Position numbers and translations under genes: made by a program | Notes under the pieces: generated by a model | Databases searched by the model: none | What the model was told of the DNA's origin: nothing | Seen by the model: only the letters and a program-made list of their open reading frames with translations | Shown here: positions 1-9,700 of the stretch, piece by piece | Layout of the letters: each line of letters starts with the position of its first letter | Numbering within the stretch: position 1 is the stretch's first letter | Assembly: GCF_937996225.1 (NCBI RefSeq) | Contig: NZ_CALKTC010000009.1 | Span: forward strand, 768 to 64,767 | Reading direction: 5' to 3' | Length of the DNA stretch: 64,000 bases | Origin: an uncultured Campylobacter sp. | GTDB taxonomy: Bacteria > Campylobacterota > Campylobacteria > Campylobacterales > Campylobacteraceae

Positions 1-1226
1 GCGCTTGGGATAAAGCGGCTCTCTTGGCGTGCGAGCGCTAAAATTAGCGCTTTGCGGCGGTTGTCGCCGTCGCCGATATACTCCATAAACGGCGTCGGAT
101 AGAAGTTGTCCTTGCCGCCGCTTGCTTTATTCATAATGTATGAGTACTCGCCGATGCTTTGCTTGGTGTCGAATTTTTTAGCAAATTCCAAAAGCTGCTC
201 GCGTGACATCCTATCGGCGCTATTTTTCGTGCGAACCCAAGCGAAAGGATCGGTTATATCGTAGCCTTCGATGGAATTTTTAGCCGGGTTTGGGATGATA
301 ATGTTTAAATTTTTATTTCCCAAGACCTCTTTGGCGTACAGCGCGTAGAGGCTGTAATAATCGCTGCTAGCAAGCTGGCGCAAGACATTTTGATCTCCAT
401 TTAGCAGGTAGATCCAAAATTTCGCATTGTGCACGTCGTGAGGTTTTTCAAAGCTCGCAGCCGCGCGGCTAAAAAACGCAAGCGCAGCCCCTTCGTCGCC
501 CTGCATGACGGCATTTACGCCCAGCATAAACGCTACGTCCTTCTCCACGGCCAGCGGATCGACGCCCGTGAGCGAGCGGCGCAAGTGCGGGTATTTGCGG
601 TTGATTAGCGCGTCGTTAAGAACCACCTTAAAGCTTGGCTGAGCGCTTAGGCCGGTAACGAAGGTCGCATCAGCGTCGATATCGATCAGAGCGTCTTTGC
701 CCGCGCCTTTTAAGTAGTCATAATATAAAAAGTAGTTTTGCGCGTTGCGGCTCTGCATAAAATACTCGCTTGGATTTTCGTCGTTAAATCCGCGCAGTAA
801 ATTTACGGCGTTTCGCGAAGCCACGTCTTGGTGCTTTTCAAGCTGCGAAGCGAGCGTCTCGCGCACCGACGGGCTTAGCTTGGCGATAAAATTTGGATAG
901 GAGCGCGCCTTTTTGCAGGTTAAATTTGCATCTAAAATATTGGCGGAGGTAACGCCTGCGCAGCGATCCGGACGCTTAGGAGGGCGAATGGCGCCGAAAA
1001 TTTTATCTAGCTTCTCTTTTAGTTTGCCCTTGTAGCGAAAGATGCTCTGTTTTAAAGCTTTAATCTCCGCTTTGTTGTATTTCGTTTCATCGATCAAGCG
1101 ATAGATGTAATAGTCCTTGGCTAGGGATTTGGGCTCGTCTTTGATCTCTTCGTAGCTTAAAATTTTACCGCTACTTGCGGCGCACAGCAGCCCCAAAACA
1201 AGGCTAAATTTCAGAAATATTTTCAA
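1..1226 (-). CDS. slt: Soluble lytic murein transglycosylase (Slt family), 3' end runs off window
   Basis: Not in ORF track. Hand translation from TTG at 1226 gives [42 protein letters not shown] (signal peptide). The window edge reads ...ILALARQESRFIPSA, the SLT catalytic-Glu motif. Synteny slt-yggT-gltX as in Campylobacter. Confidence 0.85.
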   Translation of the reverse strand, partial: MKIFLKFSLVLGLLCAASSGKILSYEEIKDEPKSLAKDYYIYRLIDETKYNKAEIKALKQSIFRYKGKLKEKLDKIFGAIRPPKRPDRCAGVTSANILDANLTCKKARSYPNFIAKLSPSVRETLASQLEKHQDVASRNAVNLLRGFNDENPSEYFMQSRNAQNYFLYYDYLKGAGKDALIDIDADATFVTGLSAQPSFKVVLNDALINRKYPHLRRSLTGVDPLAVEKDVAFMLGVNAVMQGDEGAALAFFSRAAASFEKPHDVHNAKFWIYLLNGDQNVLRQLASSDYYSLYALYAKEVLGNKNLNIIIPNPAKNSIEGYDITDPFAWVRTKNSADRMSREQLLEFAKKFDTKQSIGEYSYIMNKASGGKDNFYPTPFMEYIGDGDNRRKALILALARQESRFIPS

Positions 1227-1519
1227 ATGACCGTCCTATTGATGATATAGATTATCGCGCTGTCAAAGAAATTAAGCACGAGTAGGATAAGAAGCGGCGA
1301 AAGATCAAACCCGCCGAAAGTCGTAGGCAGATAGCGGCGCACCAGCGCGAACGCGGGCTCTGTAAGCGCAGAGATGACGCGGAAGATTTTATAAAATTTA
1401 CCGAACGGATTTGGGCGGATAAAGCTCAAAACGCAGGCGATAAAGATCACGATCATATAGGCTTGCAGCGCGTAGTGCAGGGTGATGAGCGCGCCGTAGA
1501 TTAGGCTGTTTGCTAGCAT
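1223..1519 (-). CDS. yggT: YggT family membrane protein
   Basis: LSFIRPNP...LTEPAF...[15 protein letters not shown] motif; two hydrophobic helices. Confidence 0.9.
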   Translation of the reverse strand: MLANSLIYGALITLHYALQAYMIVIFIACVLSFIRPNPFGKFYKIFRVISALTEPAFALVRRYLPTTFGGFDLSPLLILLVLNFFDSAIIYIINRTVI

Positions 1520-2820
1520 ACGATCTCCTTCAGATCGGCGCGGATCAGCGGATACAGCTCGCTAAGCTCCGGTCCGTGGGGCGCGCCGGTCAGTAAAAAT
1601 CTAAGCGGCATAAATAGGCTCTTGCCCTTTAAGTTTGTAGCCTGCGAAAGCGCCGCTTTGAAATCATTAAATTCCATTGGAGCGCCGTTTGAGCTTAATA
1701 AATTTAAGATCGCCTCTCGTAGCGCCTGTGCCTGCGCCGCCCACTCCTGCGGGATATCTTTCGCGCCGTAGATCGCTGCAATCTTTTCTTTAATCTGTGG
1801 GATTAGGCTCGCTTCTTGAGTGTAAAATTTTATCAAAGGCGCAAATTTCGGCTCAAGCTCAAAAAGCTCCGCTAATCGCTGCTCGCTCGCTCTTTTGATA
1901 TGTTCGCGGTTTATAAAGGCGAGTTTGTCCTCGTCAAATTTTGCCGGGCTTTTTGAAATTTTAGCGATATCGAAAAACTCCACCGCTTCATCCATACTAA
2001 AGACCTCGCGCGGCGTTTTGTTGCCCAGCAGAATTAGATAATTCGCGATCGCCTCGGGCAGGTAGCCGCTTTGAAGCAGCCATTTTACCGAGGAGCTAGC
2101 TTCGCGCTTGCTCATCTTCTTGCCCTCGGAATTTAATATGATCGGCAGGTGCGCGTATTTGATCTCGCCGTCGTAGCCGAGGCTTTGGCGGATCCAGTTT
2201 TGCTTTGGCGTGTTTGAGACGTGATCCTCGCCGCGGATTACGAAGCTCACGCCCTGCATCATATCGTCGCAGGCGCAGGCGAAGTTATAAGTTGGCGTCT
2301 TGTCCGCGCGCATGATGACGAAGCTGTCGATGTTCTGCGGCTCAAATGTGATACGCCCCTTGATCGCGTCGGTAAATTCCAGCGCGTGATCAGGTTTTTT
2401 GAGGCGGATAGTAAAGGGCTTTTCGCAGCCAAGCACCTCTTCATCGCTTAAATGCTCGCACTTTCCGTCGTAGCGATACGCCTCGCCCGCGTCCTTGGCG
2501 GCTTGCTTTTTCGCTTCCAGCTCCTCCTCGCTGCAAAAACAGCAAAACGCCTTTTTCTCGGAGAGCAGCTTGGCTGCGAACTGCTGATGAAATTTTAAAT
2601 TTTTACTTTGATAATACAGGCTCTGCCACGAGATGCCGAAGCGCTTTAAAATTTCGATGATCTCTTGGTCTTTGCCTTCGATATTGCGCGCAGTGTCGGT
2701 ATCCTCGATACGTAAGATGAAGCCGCTTTGATCCTGCAGCGAGCAGATGTAGTTAAAGATAGCCGCGCGTAAATTTCCGATATGCATATCGCCGGTGGGC
2801 GACGGAGCGAAGCGATACAA
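1513..2820 (-). CDS. gltX2: Glutamate--tRNA ligase (short GluRS2 type of Campylobacterota)
   Basis: [14 protein letters not shown] (HIGH), KMSKR (KMSKS), IRGEDH; 435 aa; TTG start. Confidence 0.93.
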   Translation of the reverse strand: MYRFAPSPTGDMHIGNLRAAIFNYICSLQDQSGFILRIEDTDTARNIEGKDQEIIEILKRFGISWQSLYYQSKNLKFHQQFAAKLLSEKKAFCCFCSEEELEAKKQAAKDAGEAYRYDGKCEHLSDEEVLGCEKPFTIRLKKPDHALEFTDAIKGRITFEPQNIDSFVIMRADKTPTYNFACACDDMMQGVSFVIRGEDHVSNTPKQNWIRQSLGYDGEIKYAHLPIILNSEGKKMSKREASSSVKWLLQSGYLPEAIANYLILLGNKTPREVFSMDEAVEFFDIAKISKSPAKFDEDKLAFINREHIKRASEQRLAELFELEPKFAPLIKFYTQEASLIPQIKEKIAAIYGAKDIPQEWAAQAQALREAILNLLSSNGAPMEFNDFKAALSQATNLKGKSLFMPLRFLLTGAPHGPELSELYPLIRADLKEIVC

Positions 2821-2934
2821 TTTAGGTCCTTTGGGTTTAAATTTAAGCTGGGATTATACTTTTTACTTCCTAATAAAAAGCAAAAACAAAGCAAAAATAG
2901 GCTAATATCGGCGCATTTTATTTAAGGAGACAAT

Positions 2935-3339
2935 ATGAGTTTCATTCAGGAATTCAAAGAATTTGCGATGAAAGGCAACGTCATCGATATGGCGGTGGGC
3001 GTCGTCATCGGCGGGGCTTTCGGCAAGATCGTAACCTCGCTCGTAAGCGACATCATGATGCCGGTTTTAGGACTTCTTACGGGAGGTATGAATTTTACTG
3101 ATCTTAAGATCGTGCTAAAAGAAGCGGTGGGGCAGACCCCAGCCGTTACGATAAACTACGGCTCGTTTATCCAGGTAACGGTCGATTTTATCATCATCGC
3201 GTTTTGTATATTCTGCGCGATCAAGGCGATCAATAAGCTTAAAAAGCCCGCCGAGCCTGCGCCGGAGCCTGCCGCACCTGCCGAGCCTAGCGAAGAGATT
3301 AAACTTCTTACCGAGATAAGAGACCTGCTTAAAAAATAG
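2935..3339 (+). CDS. mscL: Large-conductance mechanosensitive channel
   Basis: [28 protein letters not shown]...[12 protein letters not shown] aaggag. Confidence 0.97.
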   Translation: MSFIQEFKEFAMKGNVIDMAVGVVIGGAFGKIVTSLVSDIMMPVLGLLTGGMNFTDLKIVLKEAVGQTPAVTINYGSFIQVTVDFIIIAFCIFCAIKAINKLKKPAEPAPEPAAPAEPSEEIKLLTEIRDLLKK

Positions 3340-3348
3340 GTCGCGGCG

Positions 3349-3987
3349 ATGCTTGAGAGAATTCCTTATTTCAAAGCTCTAAGCGCAGCGCAAATCGATC
3401 GTTTGGAGCAGATTAGCATCCATAAAAGCTACAAAAAGGGCGAAATTTTATTTTTCGAGGGCGAGCGCTCGCAGTATCTATTAATCCTACTAAAAGGAAT
3501 TTTAAAAATCTATAAAACCTCCGCAAAGGGGCGTGAGATCCATATGCGCGAGATCCGCCCCATCTCGCTCGTAGCCGAGATGGTAAATTTCGAAGAGACG
3601 AGCTATCCTGCAAGCGGCGTGTTTTCGACAAACGGCGAGGTGCTAAAGATCGATTATGAAAAATTTAAAAACGAGTTTATGAGCGATCCAAAGATTTGTC
3701 TGGAGCTTTTAAAATCGATGTCTGAGAAGATCCGAGCGCTAAATGCGGTCTTTGATAATCAAGTCGTGCTTAGCTGCGACGGCAAGATCGCTAAGTTTAT
3801 CAGCGAGAATTTTGATATTTTTATGAGCACGAAATACACTAGAATAGCCAGAATTCTAAACGTAACTCCCGAAACATTTTCGCGCACTATCACTAAATTT
3901 AAAAAGAGCGGCGCGCTAATTTTGGACGATAAGCAAGAAATCACGGGCTTTGATAAAGATAAGCTGGACGAGTATATCCAAGGCTAG
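3349..3987 (+). CDS. Crp/Fnr family transcriptional regulator
   Basis: cNMP-binding fold (YKKGEILFFEGE...YPAS) and C-terminal HTH IARILNVTPETFSR. Confidence 0.9.
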   Translation: MLERIPYFKALSAAQIDRLEQISIHKSYKKGEILFFEGERSQYLLILLKGILKIYKTSAKGREIHMREIRPISLVAEMVNFEETSYPASGVFSTNGEVLKIDYEKFKNEFMSDPKICLELLKSMSEKIRALNAVFDNQVVLSCDGKIAKFISENFDIFMSTKYTRIARILNVTPETFSRTITKFKKSGALILDDKQEITGFDKDKLDEYIQG

Positions 3988-3990
3988 AGT

Positions 3991-5118
3991 TTGAAAAGCG
4001 CCTATATTTTTCCGATCGTCGGCACCATTTTATTTCTGTTTTTTAATCTTTACGTTTACAGATCGATCGGCGCGCGCTTTACGCCATATAAAAATTTCGT
4101 GATCTTTCGCCCTGCCTTGATTTTGCTTTGCGTAGCTTTGGCGATTTTAGATGCAATATTTTTTGTGGGTTTTGGGCTTAATGGAAGCTTTAAAAACGAG
4201 CTGCTTTATAAGCTATGCGTATTTTGCATGGCAGCGTCCTTTTCGCTCTTTTTTATCTGCCTTGCTTACGACGTGTTAAGCGCCGCCGCGCATGTAGTTA
4301 AATTTAGCCAAAACAGGCGAAAATTTTTAAAAACCTTTATCGACGTAACCTTTGTAATAATGGCGTTTAGCTATATTTTTAAGGGGCTTTATAATGCACT
4401 AAAAATTCCAAAAATCACCGAGCGCGAAATAAAAATCAAAAATTTAGCTAGCGAGCTAAATTTCGTCGTCATCTCGGACGTGCATCTGGGCGAGTTTTTG
4501 AAAAAGGAATTTTTGCAAGGCGTTGTAGCGCAGATAAACTCGCTAAATTACGATGCGCTACTGATCGTGGGCGATATGTTTGATCTGCGCTCGGATGAGC
4601 TCGGGGATATTTTGCAGCCTCTTGAGGCGATCAAAAAGCCTATCTTTTTCGTCACGGGCAACCACGAGTATTACCGCGACGACGCAAGCGGGCTTATAGC
4701 GGCAATGCAAAAAGCGGGTGTGCGGGTGCTGCAAAACGAAAGCGTGGAATTTGAAGGGCTAAATTTAATGGGCGTGCACGATCTTAGCGGCTTTCGCTTC
4801 GGATATATGCAGCCAGATCTCGGCGCTGCGCTAGCGCAGGCAGACCCCGATAAACCAAAAATTTTACTCGCGCATCAGCCCAAATACGTCGTGGACTTCG
4901 TGCGCGACGAGGTAGATCTGTGTATCTGCGGGCACACGCATGCAGGGCAAATTTTCCCGTGGACGCTTTTGGTGCTGCTTAGCCAGAAGTATCTTTACGG
5001 GCTGTATAACGACGGGCTGAAGCAAATTTACGTAAGCAGCGGCGTAGGGTTTTGGGGCCCGCCGATAAGGGTCTTTGCCGATGCCGAGATCGCGCTGCTT
5101 AAGCTTAGAAAGGCATAG
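3991..5118 (+). CDS. Membrane-anchored metallophosphoesterase (YkuE-like)
   Basis: N-terminal TM helices; DVHLG, GDMFD, GNHE, AHQP, GHTHAGQ motifs. Confidence 0.92.
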   Translation: MKSAYIFPIVGTILFLFFNLYVYRSIGARFTPYKNFVIFRPALILLCVALAILDAIFFVGFGLNGSFKNELLYKLCVFCMAASFSLFFICLAYDVLSAAAHVVKFSQNRRKFLKTFIDVTFVIMAFSYIFKGLYNALKIPKITEREIKIKNLASELNFVVISDVHLGEFLKKEFLQGVVAQINSLNYDALLIVGDMFDLRSDELGDILQPLEAIKKPIFFVTGNHEYYRDDASGLIAAMQKAGVRVLQNESVEFEGLNLMGVHDLSGFRFGYMQPDLGAALAQADPDKPKILLAHQPKYVVDFVRDEVDLCICGHTHAGQIFPWTLLVLLSQKYLYGLYNDGLKQIYVSSGVGFWGPPIRVFADAEIALLKLRKA

Positions 5119-6120
5119 ATGAGAAGTTTTATTTCGAGGATTTTTGGGGTTATCGCCGCGGTGAAATTCCCTAAATTTATACAAAATTTTATCAACCGTA
5201 AATATGTGGAATTTTTCAAAATCGATATGAGCGAATTTGATCCGCCGCAAAGCTACGCGAGCCTAAACGCGCTTTTTACCCGCCGCTTGCTGCGTCCGCG
5301 CGAGATAGCGGCAGACGAGACGGCTTTTATAAGCCCTAGCGACGGCGTGATCTTTGAGAGCGGAAGCTGCGCCGATCTGCGGGCTTTTAGCGTAAAGGGC
5401 TGCGAATACAGCCTTAGCGAGCTGCTGGGACGTACGTTTGCGGCAAACGAAAGCGGCGGAGCGGTTAAAAATTTAGATGACGCTGCGGACGCCGCGCAAG
5501 CAAAAATCATGGACGGCAAAAGCGGCGCAACTTATTCCGCAAGTGGCGTGCGAGCTGAAATTTATAGTGATGAAAGTAGCGCGAGCCTCGAAACGAGCGC
5601 AGAGGATGCTCAAGACGGCGAAAATACAAAGGGCGTAAATTTAAGCTACGCAAACATCTATCTAAGCCCGCGCGATTATCATCATTATCATGCGCCGTGC
5701 GATCTGGGCGTGCTGCAGGCGCTTTACATACCTGCTGACCTTTACAGCGTGGCGAAGAAATTTTTACTTAAGATTCCAAACCTCTACGCTAAAAACGAGC
5801 GCGTAATTTTAAAGTGCAAAATGCGTAACGGCGGGATTTTGTGGATGGTTTTCGTGGGTGCTTTAAACGTAGGTAAGATGAGATTTGATTTCGACGCACG
5901 AATACAGACGAATGCATGCGCAAATAGAGCTGAGGCGCTTTACGAATATGAAAATTTAAACTTTAAAAAGGGCGATCATTTGGGAAATTTCGAGCTGGGC
6001 TCAACGATCGTACTCGTAGCGCAAAGCGAGTTTTTAAAATTTGAAACCCCGGCTGATACGTCCGTAAAATTCGGACAAAAAATCGCAGAATTTAATGAAA
6101 TTTCACAAAATTCCATTTAA
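5119..6120 (+). CDS. psd: Phosphatidylserine decarboxylase proenzyme, with ~60-aa insertion
   Basis: ISPSDG, YLSPRDYHHYHAP, FVGALNVG, FELGST cleavage motif. Confidence 0.93.
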   Translation: MRSFISRIFGVIAAVKFPKFIQNFINRKYVEFFKIDMSEFDPPQSYASLNALFTRRLLRPREIAADETAFISPSDGVIFESGSCADLRAFSVKGCEYSLSELLGRTFAANESGGAVKNLDDAADAAQAKIMDGKSGATYSASGVRAEIYSDESSASLETSAEDAQDGENTKGVNLSYANIYLSPRDYHHYHAPCDLGVLQALYIPADLYSVAKKFLLKIPNLYAKNERVILKCKMRNGGILWMVFVGALNVGKMRFDFDARIQTNACANRAEALYEYENLNFKKGDHLGNFELGSTIVLVAQSEFLKFETPADTSVKFGQKIAEFNEISQNSI

Positions 6121-6168
6121 AATGCAGGATTTTTTCTTTAACTAAAATTAATTTTATTTAAATTTGGC

Positions 6169-6174
6169 TATAAT
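6169..6174 (+). promoter_or_regulatory. Putative sigma70 -10 box for the pilin-like/priA operon
   Basis: TATAAT ~30 bp upstream of ATG 6203, AT-rich upstream, RBS aagga. Confidence 0.5.
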
Positions 6175-6202
6175 CATCTCACTTTAAATCAAAGGATTTA
6201 AC

Positions 6203-6688
6203 ATGAAAAATTTAAAAGCTTTTACGATGATAGAGCTTGTTTTTGTCATCGTCGTTTTAGGTATTTTGGCGGGCATTGCGGTGCCTAGATTAGCCGCTAC
6301 GCGCGACGATGCTACGATCGCTAAGATGCGCGGAGACATCGCCGCCATTAGAAGCGGACTTTCGCTAGTTAGAAGCGAGAATATGATGAGAGGTGTGACT
6401 ACGTGGCCTGCTTTGGAAGGTTCAGACAATGCCACTCTTTTTGATGGCGTTTTGCAGCAACCTATCTATCCTATGAGAGATGGCGGTAGGAACGGCTGGA
6501 CTTTGGTTAGAAATGGCAACGATAATGCTACATCTACATATACGGCTACCGTAGCAGGCAAAAGTACTAACTTTACTTATTATCCAACAAGAGCTAGTAT
6601 ACCTACTTCCGGTGCAAATAAAGATAGAAATGTAGGCTCATTCGACTGCAATCACGCTGATGATCTTTGTCAATCCTTAGCTCAATAG
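6203..6688 (+). CDS. Type IV pilin / type II secretion pseudopilin-like protein
   Basis: Prepilin site KA|FTMIELVFVIVVLGILAGIAVP; C-terminal Cys pair. Confidence 0.88.
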   Translation: MKNLKAFTMIELVFVIVVLGILAGIAVPRLAATRDDATIAKMRGDIAAIRSGLSLVRSENMMRGVTTWPALEGSDNATLFDGVLQQPIYPMRDGGRNGWTLVRNGNDNATSTYTATVAGKSTNFTYYPTRASIPTSGANKDRNVGSFDCNHADDLCQSLAQ

Positions 6689-6692
6689 CTAA

Positions 6693-9497
6693 ATGCTCTA
6701 TTATGAAGTTGCGGTTTTGGGCGCCAGCCTAAAACCGCTTACTTATAGTTCAAATTTTAAAATCTCAGCTTATCAAATCGTATCCGTTCCCGTAAGATCG
6801 AGCGTTAAATCCGCCGTGATCCTGCGTGAGGTTTCAAAGCCGAGCTTCAAAACCAAGGAAATTTCTGAAATTTCGCAGTTTAAATTTAGCTCGTTTCAGA
6901 TCGCACTTGCAAATTTTATCGCATACTACTATGTCTGCGAAAAGGGCGTTGCATTTGGGATTTTCGAGCCTGCAAGTGAGACGACGCAGGATTTGCGGAA
7001 TTTGCAGGAGGATCCTATGACCGAGCGGAATTGCGCTTGCGAAAAAATTTCCGTTAGTAAGCCAACCTCCGCTTGCAAACAAGCTTCTACCCGCGAACAA
7101 AATTTTATTTCCGAGCAGGATTCCATCACCACACAAAATTCTACGCTCGATGGGAATTTTAATGCCACACAAAATTCCATTTCAATCCAAAATTCTGCAT
7201 TGACGAGAGATTCTACTACCGCAGAAAATTCTGTTACTGTCATAAATTCCGTCATCGCGCTAAATTCCATGCAAAGGCAAAATTTAAAACAGGTACCAAA
7301 TCCTACCTCACAAAATTCGGCATCAAATTCTATTACCGCACAGAATTCTATCCAAGAGAGGGACTTTGTCGATGAGCAAAATTCCGTTTCGATCCAAAAT
7401 TCTACATTGGCTCAAAATTCCGCCACCATGAAGACCGCTATAAATTTTGCTGCCGCACCGAGTTTGGCACACAAACAAAATTTCGCCATCGCGCAAAATT
7501 CGATCCAAGAGCAGAATTTTACCGAGGGAGAGAATTCCATTTCGATTCAAAATCCTACTTCAGCGCGAAATTCCATCTCAATTCAAAATTCAGACGCCGC
7601 GGCACAAAGCCCCATCCCGACGTCGCTATCTCCGCTTCAAATAGGTAAAATTCCAAGCCTAACCCCCGCGCAGGAGCAAGCGCGTGAATTTGCCGAAGCT
7701 AATGAAACGTCGCTGATCTTCGGTGATACGGGCAGCGGCAAGAGCGAAATTTATATCGCGTTGATCGCACAGGCGCTCGCTGCGGGCAAGCAGGCGCTGT
7801 TTTTAATGCCCGAGATTTCGCTCACGCCGCAGATGACGAAGCGGCTACAAAGCTATTTCGGCGAGCGGCTCGGCGTCTGGCACTCCAAAATTTCACCCAA
7901 AAAAAAGCGTGAAATTTTAGCGAAATTTAACGCAGGCGAGATTCGGCTCATCGCGGGTGCGCGCTCGGCGCTATTTTTGCCCTTTAGCAATCTGGGGCTC
8001 ATCGTCGTGGATGAGGAGCACGACGACAGCTATAAATCCGCCGCCGCGCCGCGCCTAAATGCCCGCGACGCCGCGATTTTCGTCGGTAAAAAGCTCGGCA
8101 TCCGCGTGGTTTTGGGCTCCGCGACGCCTGCGCTTAGCACTTACGCGAAGCAGCTGCACTTCCGCCTGCGCGGCACCTATTTTAGCAGCGCCAAGCGTTT
8201 CATTTTCGATGAGAGCGAGACGGGACTGAGCCCTAAAATTTTAACCGAGATCGGGCGCAGCCTCGAAACCGGCAAGCAGGCGGTCGTGTTTTTGCCCACG
8301 CGCGCGAACTACAAATATATGGTTTGCGAAAACTGCGGGCAGATCGTGCGCTGTCCGTTTTGCGCCGTCGGGATGAGCTATCACGCGGACGCTGCGGCGC
8401 TAAAGTGCCATTACTGCGGCTTTAGCACGTTTTACAAGGCGTCTTGCGAAAACTGCGGCGGCGAGGTGATGCAGGCGCGCAAGATCGGCACGGGCGAGCT
8501 CGCGGCACAGCTTACGACGCGTTTCCCAAGTGCCCGCATCGCAAAATTTGATCGCGACGAGATCACCACGCAGCGCAAGCTTGAGGCGCTGCTAAATAAC
8601 TTCAACGCCCATAAAATCGACATTCTGGTAGGCACGCAGATGCTTAGCAAGGGGCACGATTACCATGGCGTCGATCTTGCGGTGATAATGGGGATCGACG
8701 AGCATCTGAGCTATCCCGATTTTAGGGCGCGCGAAAAGACGCTGGCGCTTGCGATGCAGGTGGCAGGCCGCGCGGGTCGCTCGGGGCAGGGCAGGGTCGT
8801 CATACAGACGCGCCAAAGCGGCTTTTTTAGGGATTATATCGAAAACTACGACGATTTTTTACGCGACGAGGCGGAGTTTCGAGAGGGGCTCTATCCGCCG
8901 TATATGCGGCTTTTGCGCGTGCTGATCTCGCATAAAAATGAAAAGGCGGCGAGCGAGATAATGAACGCCGCGCTTGATCTTTTGCGCCGCAAGCAGGCGG
9001 GAGGCAGCGCGTTTACATCGCGTGACGGGCTGGACGCGAGGAGAGCAAATTTAAGCGCTTTAAATTTGCAAAATTCTGCGCAGCAGAGCGGTAGCAAAAT
9101 ATCAAATTCTAAATTTCAAAGCTCGGATCTGTGCGGGGACAATGCAAATTTAAACCGCCAAAACGTTTCAAATTTAAAAAATGCCGCGCAAATTTCAGCT
9201 TGCGACGCAGGCGCGGGTAGCGTAAATTTAAAGCCCGAAAGAAACGGCGCCGCGCAAAATTTTATAAATTTAGCGGCCGAAAATACTGCCGAAAATTCCA
9301 CTCAGTATTTGAAAGAGAAGGCGAGCGAGAGCTTTGAGATCATCGGCTACGGCAAGGCGGGCATCGCCTATATCGCGTCGAAATTTCGCTTTGAAATTCT
9401 GCTGCGCGCCGGCTCGCACGTGCCGCTCATTAATGCTGCGCGCACGCTTGAACATCTGCCCGTCGAGATCGATATGGATCCCGTAAACTTCGGCTAA
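6693..9497 (+). CDS. priA: Primosomal protein N' helicase with two large low-complexity insertions
   Basis: GDTGSGKSE, PEISLTPQ, DEEHD, Cys-rich Zn region, GTQMLSKGHD, QVAGRAGR, C-terminal DMDP. Confidence 0.95.
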   Translation: MLYYEVAVLGASLKPLTYSSNFKISAYQIVSVPVRSSVKSAVILREVSKPSFKTKEISEISQFKFSSFQIALANFIAYYYVCEKGVAFGIFEPASETTQDLRNLQEDPMTERNCACEKISVSKPTSACKQASTREQNFISEQDSITTQNSTLDGNFNATQNSISIQNSALTRDSTTAENSVTVINSVIALNSMQRQNLKQVPNPTSQNSASNSITAQNSIQERDFVDEQNSVSIQNSTLAQNSATMKTAINFAAAPSLAHKQNFAIAQNSIQEQNFTEGENSISIQNPTSARNSISIQNSDAAAQSPIPTSLSPLQIGKIPSLTPAQEQAREFAEANETSLIFGDTGSGKSEIYIALIAQALAAGKQALFLMPEISLTPQMTKRLQSYFGERLGVWHSKISPKKKREILAKFNAGEIRLIAGARSALFLPFSNLGLIVVDEEHDDSYKSAAAPRLNARDAAIFVGKKLGIRVVLGSATPALSTYAKQLHFRLRGTYFSSAKRFIFDESETGLSPKILTEIGRSLETGKQAVVFLPTRANYKYMVCENCGQIVRCPFCAVGMSYHADAAALKCHYCGFSTFYKASCENCGGEVMQARKIGTGELAAQLTTRFPSARIAKFDRDEITTQRKLEALLNNFNAHKIDILVGTQMLSKGHDYHGVDLAVIMGIDEHLSYPDFRAREKTLALAMQVAGRAGRSGQGRVVIQTRQSGFFRDYIENYDDFLRDEAEFREGLYPPYMRLLRVLISHKNEKAASEIMNAALDLLRRKQAGGSAFTSRDGLDARRANLSALNLQNSAQQSGSKISNSKFQSSDLCGDNANLNRQNVSNLKNAAQISACDAGAGSVNLKPERNGAAQNFINLAAENTAENSTQYLKEKASESFEIIGYGKAGIAYIASKFRFEILLRAGSHVPLINAARTLEHLPVEIDMDPVNFG

Positions 9498-9700
9498 GCG
9501 CGATTTATAAAATTTTATTCGCATAAATTTTGTCCATAGAACCTGCAGGATTTGATGTATTGCAACGCTGAATTTTTATGCTTTACCGCCTATCTCATAT
9601 TAAATCAAAATCAAAAAATAATATCAAATTGTTAAGTATAATTTAACTTGAGTGAGGATATAATGCACCCATAAGTCTAGTATGATATTGCTCTTTTTGA

